The notes under the pieces: generated by a model
Told to the model about the DNA's origin: nothing
The model's database searches: none
Seen by the model: the letters and a program-made list of their open reading frames with translations, nothing else
Translations under genes and position numbers: made by a program
Part shown: one piece after another, positions 7,291 to 16,520 of the stretch
How positions within the stretch are numbered: position 1 is the first letter of the stretch
Layout: the number at the start of each line of letters is the position of its first letter
Virus record (IMG/VR): IMGVR_UViG_3300026116_000015
From: a virus
Length of the DNA stretch: 46,622 nucleotides
Reading direction: 5' to 3' (one strand)

Positions 7291-8819
7291 GTCGCACCAC
7301 CATCATCCGAGTAGACCGTGCGGCGTTCCCCGGTGGCCTTGTTGACCTGTTCCTTCGACATGCGGCCACCGCCAGCGCCGCTTGGCGCGGGCGGTGCAGA
7401 TGGTGCACCACCGCCGCCGAGCGGCACCACGTTCCCGTTCTCCAACGCGTCGGGGTCGATTCCGAACTTGCTCAGCGTCTTGCGCGATCCGTCGCTGAGG
7501 ATCTGAAAGTCTTTCGGCTTGCCCATCCCCTGCTGATACTGCGACGCGAGAGCCGCGAGCCGTCCGCCCATCAGCTCGATCATCGTGTTGATGGCGCCAT
7601 GAAGCTGTTCGGGCGACATGTTCGGCTTCAGGTTCTCGCGCCATGCTTTGATTTCCTGATCCGTCGCGCCTGTCCCCTTGAAGACGCTCGCCATCTCCGA
7701 TTCAACCGCGTTGGCGGCGTTCTGGAAGTTCGTGACTTTTGGCGAGCCGGTTTGTTTGCTGAAGAAGTTCCCGACAGTGTTGGCGATCTGCACTTCGCTA
7801 TTGTCCATCTTGTCGACGGCTTCTGAAAGCGAGGCAAGATGCTTGACCGCCGTGTTGATCGAGCGGATGTTCCGCGCGCCCATCCCGGAGTTGAAGTCTT
7901 GGCGCAACTTGTTTCGTGACGCGAACTGCGTCATGTCATAGCTCGGGTCGTACTGGAGGACTTCCTTGATGAGCCGATTCCGTTCGCTCCCTGCATCCTT
8001 CGGGTTGCGAAGAGATGCCACCTTTGTAGGGTCGACGAAATAGCCCGCAATTGACTTGATGAGCCGCTGTTCTGACGGTGGGAGTGTGTTCAGGAAGGCT
8101 TCGCCGATCGGGCCAGAGCCATCGGCGGGTACGCCGCCAGGCGGCGTATTCTTGCCGCGCGCCGTCGCGTTTTTCTCGCGCGCAGAGGCGAGCGTTTCGG
8201 TCGTGCGAGGGCCAGCGGTGAACGTTGCCTCCGCGGTCTCGCGCGCCGTCTTGGGGCCAGCCGTGAAAGCCGCGTCGGCAGTTGCCTGCTGCGTCTGCGC
8301 TACACGCAACGGCCCTTCGGTCTTCTCGCGCAGCGCGACGTCGGCGGTCGGGTCCATCTTCGCTTCGATGCGCGCTTGGCCGGTCTGCGGATTCGTTGGG
8401 TCATTCGTCTTGATGATGTCGGAGAGCTGCTGCTGCCTGAACGGTTCCTTCCCAACCTCGTCGGTATTGAAAACGATCGTCGGATCGGTGTTCGTCGCCG
8501 TGCCGCCCTTCATCCGATTGGCGGCTTCGATCTGAATCTGACGCTTCGCTTCCTCGAATTCATCGGGCGGCAAATCCTCGATGTTCGGGATGTACTGCGC
8601 AGCGGTCGGATCGGCCTGCGCGAGCTGACTGCGCACCGCCCGTAATTGCTGAGGGTTGGCCTTGCGTGCGATGGCGTACTGCATCACGGCACTGGCGCGG
8701 GCGCGCGCTTTCGAGTCCTCATCCGCCGCCGCCTTGTCCGACCGGCCACGGATGACATTCGCCAGCCCGCCGATCGCGTCGGAGAGCCTTGGGCGGTTGT
8801 TCGTGATTACCTGAGTCAT
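7278..8819 (-). CDS. Internal virion / ejection-type protein (513 aa)
   Basis: Long ORF in the late operon with high third-position GC. Ala/Gln/Thr-rich, with no recognisable enzyme motif. Confidence 0.7.
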   Translation of the reverse strand: MTQVITNNRPRLSDAIGGLANVIRGRSDKAAADEDSKARARASAVMQYAIARKANPQQLRAVRSQLAQADPTAAQYIPNIEDLPPDEFEEAKRQIQIEAANRMKGGTATNTDPTIVFNTDEVGKEPFRQQQLSDIIKTNDPTNPQTGQARIEAKMDPTADVALREKTEGPLRVAQTQQATADAAFTAGPKTARETAEATFTAGPRTTETLASAREKNATARGKNTPPGGVPADGSGPIGEAFLNTLPPSEQRLIKSIAGYFVDPTKVASLRNPKDAGSERNRLIKEVLQYDPSYDMTQFASRNKLRQDFNSGMGARNIRSINTAVKHLASLSEAVDKMDNSEVQIANTVGNFFSKQTGSPKVTNFQNAANAVESEMASVFKGTGATDQEIKAWRENLKPNMSPEQLHGAINTMIELMGGRLAALASQYQQGMGKPKDFQILSDGSRKTLSKFGIDPDALENGNVVPLGGGGAPSAPPAPSGAGGGRMSKEQVNKATGERRTVYSDDGGATWHP

Positions 8820-8828
8820 CGCGTCATC

Positions 8829-10757
8829 CTACGGCTGCACGTACACGGGCGGATTCGGACCGAACGCCCCGGCGATCTTCGCAGCCAGGTCAGGCGTGAT
8901 CCCGGCGTTGATGAGGTACCCGAGTTCGGTGATGTACGCGTTCTGATCGCCTTGGTAGAGCCCAGCCTGAAGCTTCGCCCAATCAAGAGTGTTGCTCATG
9001 CCGAACATCTTCTCTTCGGAGGCGATCTTGGCGAGCGCGGCACCGGCACCGGCATTCGCGGCGGCCGAGGCGGCGGCAGCGTGGAGTTGCGCGGCGCTGA
9101 TCGCGGCATTCGCGTCGATCTTTGCTTTGTCGATCCCAAGCTGGCCGAGGTAGCGCTGCAACAGGTCGTTCTTGTCGATGCCGAGCTTCGTAATCGTGTC
9201 CGAGTCCGCCGAGTTGAGCCACCGCTGAAGGTCCGCGTTCGTCTTGATGCCGTACCGCTGCGTCGCGTCCTGCATCTGCGCGATGGCGAGTTGGGAGGCG
9301 CGGTTCAGCGCAGCCTCGGTGTGCTCGGCGAGCTGGCCGCCCTGCTGAGCCGCCAGGAGGGCGATGTTGCGGTCCAGAGACTCGTTGAAGCCACCGGAGT
9401 CCGTCTTGCCGGTCAGAGCACCTTGGGCACGGAGGACGCGGGCGAGGTCCGACTGCTGGCGCTCGAACTGTGGGCCGTAGAACTTCCCCATGATGTCGGC
9501 GATGTCGGTTGGGGTCTGGCCTCCGGCGACAGTCGGGTTCCACGGCGCAGCAGGAGCCTCTGGGGGCGCGGGGGCGGTGGGAGGGGTAGACGGAGGCGCT
9601 GGAGTCGTAGGCGGCGCAGCGGCGGCAGGGGACGCCTGCGGGGCCATTTCGGGCGTTGGGGCCGGTGCGTTGGGGTAGGTCTGCGCGTACCACGTCTTGA
9701 AATCCAGCCCCTGATCCCGGCGGGCGGCAAATTGCGCCTGCGCCTCTTCGGGCGATGGCGGGGCGGTCGGAATCCACGCGTTGCCTCCCGAGGGTTGGGT
9801 TGGCGTTGTCGCAGGGGGGGTCGTTGGCGTCTGTGCCGGAGTCGGACCGCCAGCCTTCAGCCACTCCGCAATGCTCCCCTGGAAGCCCGAGGTTCGGTAG
9901 GCCGTGACCGTGCCGCCGGTGATGTTCGCATACGACGGATCGAGGTACTGAAATTTCCTGTACCACGACGCCGCGACTTCGGAATCTTCGGTGCCCGGTG
10001 GCTTCGGCGGCGGGTTTTGCGGCCCGTACGGCATGCCGCCAGCGTCGTGCGTGTCGTTGCCGGTGTTCATTGTGCCGGGAGTGACCTGTGGAGGCGCTAC
10101 GGCGCGCTCCCGCGTGCCTCCTGTCGGTGCGGCAGTCGGCGGCACCGGGACGACAGGCTGCGACGGAGAGGGCGCGGGCTGACCATCGGGGATTTGCACC
10201 TCTGGCGTGGCCTGCTGTTGCAACGGTGTCGGTCCAGGTGTGCCGCCAGGAATGCCGGCGGTCGCGCCGCTCGCCGGGATTGCGCCCGACGGCTGCGCCT
10301 CGGCTTCCGGCGTCGATTGAATGACCCCCGCAAGCGTGCTCGCGCTCGACGTCGTGAGCGTCGGAATGGGCGGGATCGCGTCGGGATGGAACGGCGGCGG
10401 CGGAAGCGCGGGCTGTTGCTGTGGTGCTGGCGATGGAGCGAGCGTCGCCGCCTGAGCCTTCATCGCCGGAGGAGGCGCGGCATTGCTGCCCATCAGGACG
10501 GACGCCAGTGGCGATGTCGTCGGCTGTGCTGGCGCGGCCGGTTGCGCAGGTTTCGTGGGAGGATTCCAGACCATCGGCGCATCGTGAAAGGCCGCGTACG
10601 GATTGGTCTTTCCGCCGCCACCGGTAGCGCGTTCCTGCTGATTCTGTCTGGCGGCGGGCGTGTTGGTCCCAAGAATCCCGTACAGCGAATCGGCCGAAGG
10701 TTTCTCGGTGTATTCGGGAGCCTGAGGAGTGCCATAGTTGTAGCTGTATCCCGCCAC
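8829..10757 (-). CDS. Pro/Ala/Gln-rich internal virion-type protein (642 aa)
   Basis: Long ORF. The N-terminal two thirds are extremely Pro-rich and the C-terminal third is helical. The antisense 736-aa ORF is Arg-rich junk. Confidence 0.7.
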   Translation of the reverse strand: MAGYSYNYGTPQAPEYTEKPSADSLYGILGTNTPAARQNQQERATGGGGKTNPYAAFHDAPMVWNPPTKPAQPAAPAQPTTSPLASVLMGSNAAPPPAMKAQAATLAPSPAPQQQPALPPPPFHPDAIPPIPTLTTSSASTLAGVIQSTPEAEAQPSGAIPASGATAGIPGGTPGPTPLQQQATPEVQIPDGQPAPSPSQPVVPVPPTAAPTGGTRERAVAPPQVTPGTMNTGNDTHDAGGMPYGPQNPPPKPPGTEDSEVAASWYRKFQYLDPSYANITGGTVTAYRTSGFQGSIAEWLKAGGPTPAQTPTTPPATTPTQPSGGNAWIPTAPPSPEEAQAQFAARRDQGLDFKTWYAQTYPNAPAPTPEMAPQASPAAAAPPTTPAPPSTPPTAPAPPEAPAAPWNPTVAGGQTPTDIADIMGKFYGPQFERQQSDLARVLRAQGALTGKTDSGGFNESLDRNIALLAAQQGGQLAEHTEAALNRASQLAIAQMQDATQRYGIKTNADLQRWLNSADSDTITKLGIDKNDLLQRYLGQLGIDKAKIDANAAISAAQLHAAAASAAANAGAGAALAKIASEEKMFGMSNTLDWAKLQAGLYQGDQNAYITELGYLINAGITPDLAAKIAGAFGPNPPVYVQP

Positions 10758-10768
10758 GTTCGTTTACC

Positions 10769-11341
10769 TCACGGACCGGTAGGAGGCGGCGTTGTCGCGC
10801 CCCCTCCGATGATCTTCGCCAGTTCTGCCGCTGACATTCGGGCGCCCGGCGTGTAGCCCGTCTCGCCACGCTTCAGAGCGTTGATGTCGAGCGTACTGCG
10901 GTTGCTCAGGTCGTGCTGAAGGATCGGCATCGCCATCGCGGCCGTGTTCGGCGTTTGCTTCAGCACGCCCATCGCCCAATCAAGCATCTGTTTCTGTTCA
11001 GGTGACATCGGCGGGAACTGGAAAGATCCCTTCTTCTGCGACTCGTAGACGCTGGTGGCGAAAGCGAGCCAATCGAGAACCGAGGCGCCGCCGATGGTCT
11101 TGCCGAGGACTGACGCGCCAGTCTTTGCAGCAGGAGCGGCGCCCCCCGGCGATCCTGCCCCGCCGCCGGGAGCTCCAGCGCCGCCTCCCGGCGCGCCCGT
11201 TTGCGGCTTCGTGGGCTCGTACCGCCCCGTCTTGGGGTTGTACGAGATGACGCTGCCGGGCGTATAGGACCCAGCGCCCTCATCCGGCAATGGCGTCGGT
11301 TTGAGCGGGTTCCCGTTCTCGTCCCATTGATTTGTCGCCAT
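10769..11341 (-). CDS. Virion-associated protein with a Gly-rich segment (190 aa)
   Basis: ATG 11341 shares a base with the upstream TGA. Starts MATNQWDENGNPLKP and contains a GAPGGGAGAPGGGAGSPGG tract. Confidence 0.65.
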   Translation of the reverse strand: MATNQWDENGNPLKPTPLPDEGAGSYTPGSVISYNPKTGRYEPTKPQTGAPGGGAGAPGGGAGSPGGAAPAAKTGASVLGKTIGGASVLDWLAFATSVYESQKKGSFQFPPMSPEQKQMLDWAMGVLKQTPNTAAMAMPILQHDLSNRSTLDINALKRGETGYTPGARMSAAELAKIIGGGATTPPPTGP

Positions 11342-11640
11342 CAGACTCTCCCGACGAACACAGTGTAACGCCCAACCGCCGAGGCGTGAAACGTGACCGA
11401 CGTTTCGTCCCACGTCCCTTTGTCGTCGTCGTCCAACCACCAATTGCCGTCGACGTTGGGCTCCACGTCGATTCGGTTGGGCATCTTGCCGAGCGAGTGC
11501 GTGACGGTGACGGTCCCGCCGTTCACCGAGCAGAAGCCGGGTACGCCTTCCGCCCACGACACGACGCCGCGCAGATTGTTCTTCAGCGCCGACGTGATGT
11601 TGTCGGGCGTCGCTATCGAAACTGGCGTGACGTCTTTCAT
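11341..11640 (-). CDS. Hypothetical virion protein (99 aa)
   Basis: ATG 11640 shares a base with the stop of the 770-aa gene. The track ORF extends to 11682. Confidence 0.6.
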   Translation of the reverse strand: MKDVTPVSIATPDNITSALKNNLRGVVSWAEGVPGFCSVNGGTVTVTHSLGKMPNRIDVEPNVDGNWWLDDDDKGTWDETSVTFHASAVGRYTVFVGRV

Positions 11641-13952
11641 CAGAGAGAACTCGCGATCGTAGTCGGGAGCGACAGCGGCCATTCACCAGCGAGAAGTTCA
11701 AGGTACGCCTCGCCGCCCGAGAGCGCCCATGCCGCCGCACCGAGCGATCCAACGTGATCAATCTTGGCCGTCGTGGTCACCCCGCTCTGGTACAGGCCGA
11801 GAGAGATGCGATCCTTCGTCGGGTCGAAGCGCACCTCGTCATACTTCGGGTACGTCACGCCGCGATCAAAAGAAACGTACGCGTAGAGCGCTTCTCCGGC
11901 CTGCGTGTAGGTCGCGATGTGATACAGCCCTACCTCGTGCAGGCACAGCTCGGCGCGCGGAGTGGACAACTCGAACGGCTTGAGGACGAGCGATTTCGTT
12001 CCCGCGTAGGTTGTGGGTGCGTTGCTCAGTTCGTCCTGCTGAGTCAGCGATTCGTCGAGGCGGCAGAGTCCCTGTCCTCCGTACGCGACGTACATCCGCT
12101 GCGTGGTGGGGTTGTAGGCCAGCGCGTTGACTTCGGCGCCGTTCGGGGTGGTGTGGCGCGTCCACGCAGCGTCGTATCGGAGGTGGCAGCAGTAGAGCTT
12201 CCCCTTCTGCGTGTAGACCCATACCTCGCGGTTTTTCCTGTCCACGGCGAGCAGTGGCCGGTTGTACGTGGCCTGCGAAGGAACCCAATTGCTCCCGTTC
12301 GCAAGAATCTCTTCGCGCATGCCGTCGCCGAAGAACGGTTTCGGATCATCGAGTCCCTTCATCCGGTAGCCGTCGGTCTCGCTGATCCAGAACATTTCAT
12401 CGTCGCCGTCATCATCAATAGCCAGAGACCCGAGGCATCCGATCGCTCGCGGCAAGCGCTCTGGCAGCAGCGGGTTGTCCGGATCATCCGTCCCGACGAA
12501 CTGCCACATGCCGCGCCGCTTGAACATGAAGTAGCGCCCTGAATGAACGTGCGCTCCCGTCGCGTGTCCGGCGATCTCTTTGGGCTCAAAATTGTTCGCT
12601 CCGCGGATCGCCTCGGGGTCGCTTGTCTCTGACCATACGATCGCCTCCAGGTTGATCGTGGCCGACGTCGCGGTCTCTGTGTTGAAGAACGGGAAATAGT
12701 AATCGCCGATGGTGAGCTGTTGGCCGTAGTTTTTCTTCGCGGGGTCTCCATCTGCGAGACCATCGCGCAGCGAAACTTCAACCGTCGCGAGCGTGATCGT
12801 CGGCGTTGACGTGTTGAAGAACTTCAGGCGTGGTGCGTACTGCGTGGTGTTCGTGGCGCGCGGCGCCGTCATCGTCAGAAAGTACGTGTTGAAGTTGGGG
12901 GATTCGGTTGCGGTCGGGAGGTACATCTCGCGTGAGGCTACGACTTCCCGCCCCTCGTTCGTCCATGTGACGGTGTTGTCCGTCGTCGTACCGCCCAAGG
13001 TCGCGTTCCACGCTGGCGTACCGCCTCCCGAGGTTCCTGCCGTCGTGCAGCGTTGCCTGCTGGTGCCGTCGCTGATTAGGTCGCCGACGACGTACGCCGT
13101 CGCGACCTGCCAATTCGTCACGAGAAACCATTCCATCGTGATCGGCATCTTGTATGTCGCGTGCGTATTTCGTAGATCACTTCGCCACATCGCATTGCGT
13201 TTCGTCGCGGCGGCGCTGAAGGAGGCCGGACCGACGTTCACAACGCCGAACGAGAAATACGCCGTGAAGGCCGCCGTCGTGGATGTCGGGAGAAGTCGGC
13301 TGATGGTCACCCCGCCGCTCGTAATGTTGCTCGCCGACACCGCGCTCTTGTTCCACCCAGGAATTCCGAAGTCGTACATTCCGGTGATACCAGACGCGCC
13401 AACGGTCAACGGTGTCACCGTCACGCGCGGGTAGGCGAGGATGAGGCGATCAATGAATGCGGTGATGGTTCGCGAAACGATCGGCGAGTTGAAGGGCGTG
13501 GGCGAGATGTTCGTGCCATCGAAGACGGCGGCGGCGGTCGGGAATCCGGCACCGTCGTCCATCATGTAATAGACCTTGCCGCGGTAATTCGCATGCCCCG
13601 TGACCCGCGATGCCGTCAACGTGCCGGTGATCGCGCTGCTCCACGTCTCCCCACTTGCCGCCTTCACGTACAAGTTTCGCGAGGTGTCGAGCGCGCAGAA
13701 ACGGGTCTGCGAGTTGACCAGATCCTCGAAGCGCATCAGGCCCGAAATGTTCATGAGTGAGTCGTACTTGAACGGAGGACGCGCATCGAGGCGCGGCCCT
13801 GGGCGAATCAGCATGTTCTCGATGAGGCGCGCGTAGCCATCCGGGATCGTTGCCGCGTTGCCGGCGAGGTATGAGCCTTTCCACCACAAGAGCGGGACTG
13901 GTCGCGGGTCAACGGCCACTGACGGCGGGATCAGTTTCCGAGTCCGAGTCAT
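11640..13952 (-). CDS. Large beta-rich tail protein (tail tubular protein B / nozzle-like)
   Basis: 770 aa directly after the adaptor-like gene and before the internal proteins. Size and position match podovirus nozzle proteins. Called by synteny only. Confidence 0.5.
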   Translation of the reverse strand: MTRTRKLIPPSVAVDPRPVPLLWWKGSYLAGNAATIPDGYARLIENMLIRPGPRLDARPPFKYDSLMNISGLMRFEDLVNSQTRFCALDTSRNLYVKAASGETWSSAITGTLTASRVTGHANYRGKVYYMMDDGAGFPTAAAVFDGTNISPTPFNSPIVSRTITAFIDRLILAYPRVTVTPLTVGASGITGMYDFGIPGWNKSAVSASNITSGGVTISRLLPTSTTAAFTAYFSFGVVNVGPASFSAAATKRNAMWRSDLRNTHATYKMPITMEWFLVTNWQVATAYVVGDLISDGTSRQRCTTAGTSGGGTPAWNATLGGTTTDNTVTWTNEGREVVASREMYLPTATESPNFNTYFLTMTAPRATNTTQYAPRLKFFNTSTPTITLATVEVSLRDGLADGDPAKKNYGQQLTIGDYYFPFFNTETATSATINLEAIVWSETSDPEAIRGANNFEPKEIAGHATGAHVHSGRYFMFKRRGMWQFVGTDDPDNPLLPERLPRAIGCLGSLAIDDDGDDEMFWISETDGYRMKGLDDPKPFFGDGMREEILANGSNWVPSQATYNRPLLAVDRKNREVWVYTQKGKLYCCHLRYDAAWTRHTTPNGAEVNALAYNPTTQRMYVAYGGQGLCRLDESLTQQDELSNAPTTYAGTKSLVLKPFELSTPRAELCLHEVGLYHIATYTQAGEALYAYVSFDRGVTYPKYDEVRFDPTKDRISLGLYQSGVTTTAKIDHVGSLGAAAWALSGGEAYLELLAGEWPLSLPTTIASSL

Positions 13953-13962
13953 GCGACCCCAT

Positions 13963-13992
13963 TTGCGCCATTTGTAACAACGCGACTACACT
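13963..13992 (+). promoter_or_regulatory. Candidate promoter for the antisense secreted-protein gene
   Basis: TTGCGC (13963-68), 18-nt spacer, TACACT (13987-92). AAGGAG SD at 14001-06 precedes ATG 14015. Confidence 0.35.
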
Positions 13993-14014
13993 CCTGCCGT
14001 AAGGAGAAATTCCA

Positions 14015-14506
14015 ATGCAAAAGTGCCTGATTGCCGTAGTGCTGTTTCTGCTCTTCCCTTTCGTGGGTAACGCTCAGGATTTTGAGCCGAAGATCCATGC
14101 CTCGGTGACCGCCGCCATTGCCGAGATTCAAGCCTCTCCGCGGCCTGTCGCGTTGTTCCCCGCCTTCACGTCCACGACGATCGCGACCGATCGCGGCCCG
14201 CTGCGCACGGATTCCCTCGGATGGGTCACCGTGACGGCCGTCGAATCCAACGCCTCGTGCCTGCTGCTCTCCCCGCACGCCGTGACGCCGATCCTCGCTT
14301 TCGGGCCGTGTCCTGCCGTCTGGCTGCACAATCCGGTGACGACGGTTCATTTCACGATGGCGAGCCTCCTGATCGAGTTGAACGGCAAAGCGGAGGTCGT
14401 GAAACAGGGCTGCGTCGTGTCGCACGAGATCATGTATCGCGGCATGGCCGAGGTGCCGCAGTTCTGGCTGACGTGCCGCGACGGCTTCTTCACGTTCGCC
14501 TGCTGA
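14015..14506 (+). CDS. Secreted protein encoded antisense to the tail operon (moron-like)
   Basis: Strong SD. MQKCLIAVVLFLLFPFVGNA-QD signal peptide. The overlapping minus-strand ORF 13949..14512 is Arg-rich and implausible. Confidence 0.8.
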   Translation: MQKCLIAVVLFLLFPFVGNAQDFEPKIHASVTAAIAEIQASPRPVALFPAFTSTTIATDRGPLRTDSLGWVTVTAVESNASCLLLSPHAVTPILAFGPCPAVWLHNPVTTVHFTMASLLIELNGKAEVVKQGCVVSHEIMYRGMAEVPQFWLTCRDGFFTFAC

Positions 14507-14508
14507 GG

Positions 14509-15267
14509 TCATCGCCGGTACACCGTTGCGCGGGTTGGGGCACCGATCACCGAAAGCGTGTTCGACTGCCCCAACCCTTCGAGCGCGGATGTGTCGCTGG
14601 TCTCTTCGAGGATCTCGTGAACGCGCGTCATCAGCTCCCGCGACCGCGCAAACCAGCCGCGTCGTTCCTGGATGATCGCCGCCGCCAGCATCACGGTCGG
14701 GTCATCCCAAAACTCATCACAGATGAACGCCGCGCCGGAAGATGCCATCGTTTCTGACCCGACCCCGTACGCGCGGAAGTAGTCGACGTGATCGGCGTCG
14801 GTGGTCGGGTAGTAGAAAATGAACCATCCGTGGCGAGTCCAAATCGACGCGTACCCCGTCGCCGAATCACGGGCGAGAAAATCGAATTGCTCGCGCGCCT
14901 TGAACTCGACAGGCTTCTCTCGGATCACAGCCCAATTGCCGAGAGGAGGCGGCCCGCCAGTCGGGACGGTGCCGCTCTCCTGCTTCGTGATCTTGTTGAT
15001 GTAGATCGAATCGGGAGCAACGGTTCGCCTGTCGAAGGAATTGGCTCCGGCGACGGTCGGGCCGATGGTCCAATCCTTTTTCAGTTCAGGGAAAAGATCG
15101 ACGCTTCCCTTCGGACCGATCGCCATGCGGATGAGGCGATTCCGCGCGCGGTTGATGAACCGATCGATGACGGCAGCTCCGGCACCGTAATACGGGTCCG
15201 TGTCCGGCAAGTTGCGGCATGCCAGTTGAACCTCGGACCGGAACTCCGCGCGCGTCAGGTTCGCCAT
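14509..15267 (-). CDS. Head-tail adaptor / tail tubular protein A-like protein
   Basis: 252 aa immediately upstream of the nozzle-like gene. Positional call only. Confidence 0.45.
   Translation of the reverse strand: MANLTRAEFRSEVQLACRNLPDTDPYYGAGAAVIDRFINRARNRLIRMAIGPKGSVDLFPELKKDWTIGPTVAGANSFDRRTVAPDSIYINKITKQESGTVPTGGPPPLGNWAVIREKPVEFKAREQFDFLARDSATGYASIWTRHGWFIFYYPTTDADHVDYFRAYGVGSETMASSGAAFICDEFWDDPTVMLAAAIIQERRGWFARSRELMTRVHEILEETSDTSALEGLGQSNTLSVIGAPTRATVYRR
14532..14577 (+). terminator. 11-bp perfect inverted repeat just downstream of the antisense gene (possible terminator, no U-tract)
   Basis: GGGTTGGGGCA (14532-42) pairs with TGCCCCAACCC (14567-77) around a 24-nt loop. It lies inside the 3' end of the adaptor-like CDS. 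Confidence 0.3.
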
Positions 15268-15642
15268 TTATTCGATGAAGCTGCCGAGCACGTTCACGGT
15301 CATATCGAGGCCAAGCGCGTTGCTGAGTTGCACCTGAAACTGCGGCGGCACGGCTGCGCTGACCTGTCGTCCGAACTGCGCTGACCCCGCTTCGGCGATG
15401 CCTGGATAGATCGTGACGATGGACGTGTTCTCGGCGGGAAGCGCTTCGACGCGAATGCACTCCTGCGAGGCCTGCTCGTTGTTGCTGTCCTTATCGACCG
15501 CGACGACGGCCACGTTGACTGTGTTCTCTTCCTGGCTCGTACTGCCCACTACCACGAGGAGTTGCAACCCTTTTGCGCCGCCCGAAACGAACGTTGTGCT
15601 GCTGCCAGACTGCGCCTCGCTCACTTCAAATCCAAAGTCCAT
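15268..15642 (-). CDS. Hypothetical virion protein (124 aa)
   Basis: Stop abuts the next ATG. Beta-rich composition with high third-position GC. Confidence 0.65.
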   Translation of the reverse strand: MDFGFEVSEAQSGSSTTFVSGGAKGLQLLVVVGSTSQEENTVNVAVVAVDKDSNNEQASQECIRVEALPAENTSIVTIYPGIAEAGSAQFGRQVSAAVPPQFQVQLSNALGLDMTVNVLGSFIE

Positions 15643-15654
15643 GAATCCCTCCCA

Positions 15655-16170
15655 TTACGAAATCCTTAGCAGCTCGAATGTGGACCCAGCAAGAACTGAC
15701 GACGCCGTTACGTCCGTAGTCTGTTGGGCGAATTGTACGGTCAGAGTTCCAGCCACGCTGACCGTAATCGTTCCGTTGATAGTGACGTTGGTATCGACGC
15801 CAAACGCGAACGTTTCGGCGCCCACGCTTGCGCCTAGCGCCGTCGCTTTGCCGGTTTGAATCTGCGGTGCGGCTGGGTCACCGAAGATCACGCTGCGCGC
15901 CCAAACGGCGGTTGCGGTCGCGGAGCCGCCGATGGCGTATTTCGTCCCGCCCGCCTGCGAATTCACGTTCATGAGCGCCGCGAGTTTGTACGTGCCCGGC
16001 TCCACGGTGAAGGTTAGGCCGGTCACGTTCGCCAGTGTGCTGTTCGTCTTGTCGAATTGAACCGTGACGACCGCGATGCGCGATGGGCCACCGACGCTCC
16101 CAGCCAGCGGTGAGTAGCGCGCGTCCGCCGCTGTCTGCGTGATGCCGGTCGCGTAGACGTAATCACTCAT
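15655..16170 (-). CDS. Fibre/needle-like beta-rich structural protein (171 aa)
   Basis: N-terminus ITQTAADARYSPLAG resembles tail-fibre N-terminal motifs. The rest is Thr/Ala/Gly/Val-rich. Confidence 0.55.
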   Translation of the reverse strand: MSDYVYATGITQTAADARYSPLAGSVGGPSRIAVVTVQFDKTNSTLANVTGLTFTVEPGTYKLAALMNVNSQAGGTKYAIGGSATATAVWARSVIFGDPAAPQIQTGKATALGASVGAETFAFGVDTNVTINGTITVSVAGTLTVQFAQQTTDVTASSVLAGSTFELLRIS

Positions 16171-16517
16171 ACCTGCACCGGACTGAGAATGAATTTCATC
16201 CCGCTGGTGTCGCCGTCGACGTACGTCGAGCCGAGGTCCACATCGTTACCGTCGCCGAAGGGACCGATGGTGAAGGCTGGCGTCGCGGAGTTCAGCAACA
16301 CGTTGTAGACCGTCGAGCTGACCGTGTTCGAGACGCCGCCCGATGGCTGAAGGCCGATGTAGCCCGTCTTCGTCGGATCTTCGAGCCGCACGCTGCACCG
16401 GTTGCAGTATCGCAGCGTCGGCATCTGCATACCGCCCACGACGTACGTTGCGGCGGCTACGAGCGGCTGGCGTGTGCCCGCCGTCGTCAGAGTCACGGGA
16501 GAAAGGATTCCGGCCAT
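16167..16517 (-). CDS. Hypothetical virion protein (116 aa)
   Basis: ATGA overlap with the downstream gene. Lies in the late operon. Confidence 0.65.
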   Translation of the reverse strand: MAGILSPVTLTTAGTRQPLVAAATYVVGGMQMPTLRYCNRCSVRLEDPTKTGYIGLQPSGGVSNTVSSTVYNVLLNSATPAFTIGPFGDGNDVDLGSTYVDGDTSGMKFILSPVQV

Positions 16518-16520
16518 GAA

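Noticed and set aside
8646-10856. 736-aa plus-strand ORF, the longest in this part of the track
   Set aside because: Composition is dominated by Arg/Gly/Leu runs (RRRRWSRRRRSGGRGRLRG...). It is the mirror image of the Pro/Ala-rich minus-strand gene, which has the proper third-position GC bias.
13949-14512. 187-aa minus-strand ORF that would keep the tail operon uninterrupted
   Set aside because: Arg/His-rich nonsense-like sequence with no SD. The plus-strand ORF has an SD, a signal peptide and better codon bias.
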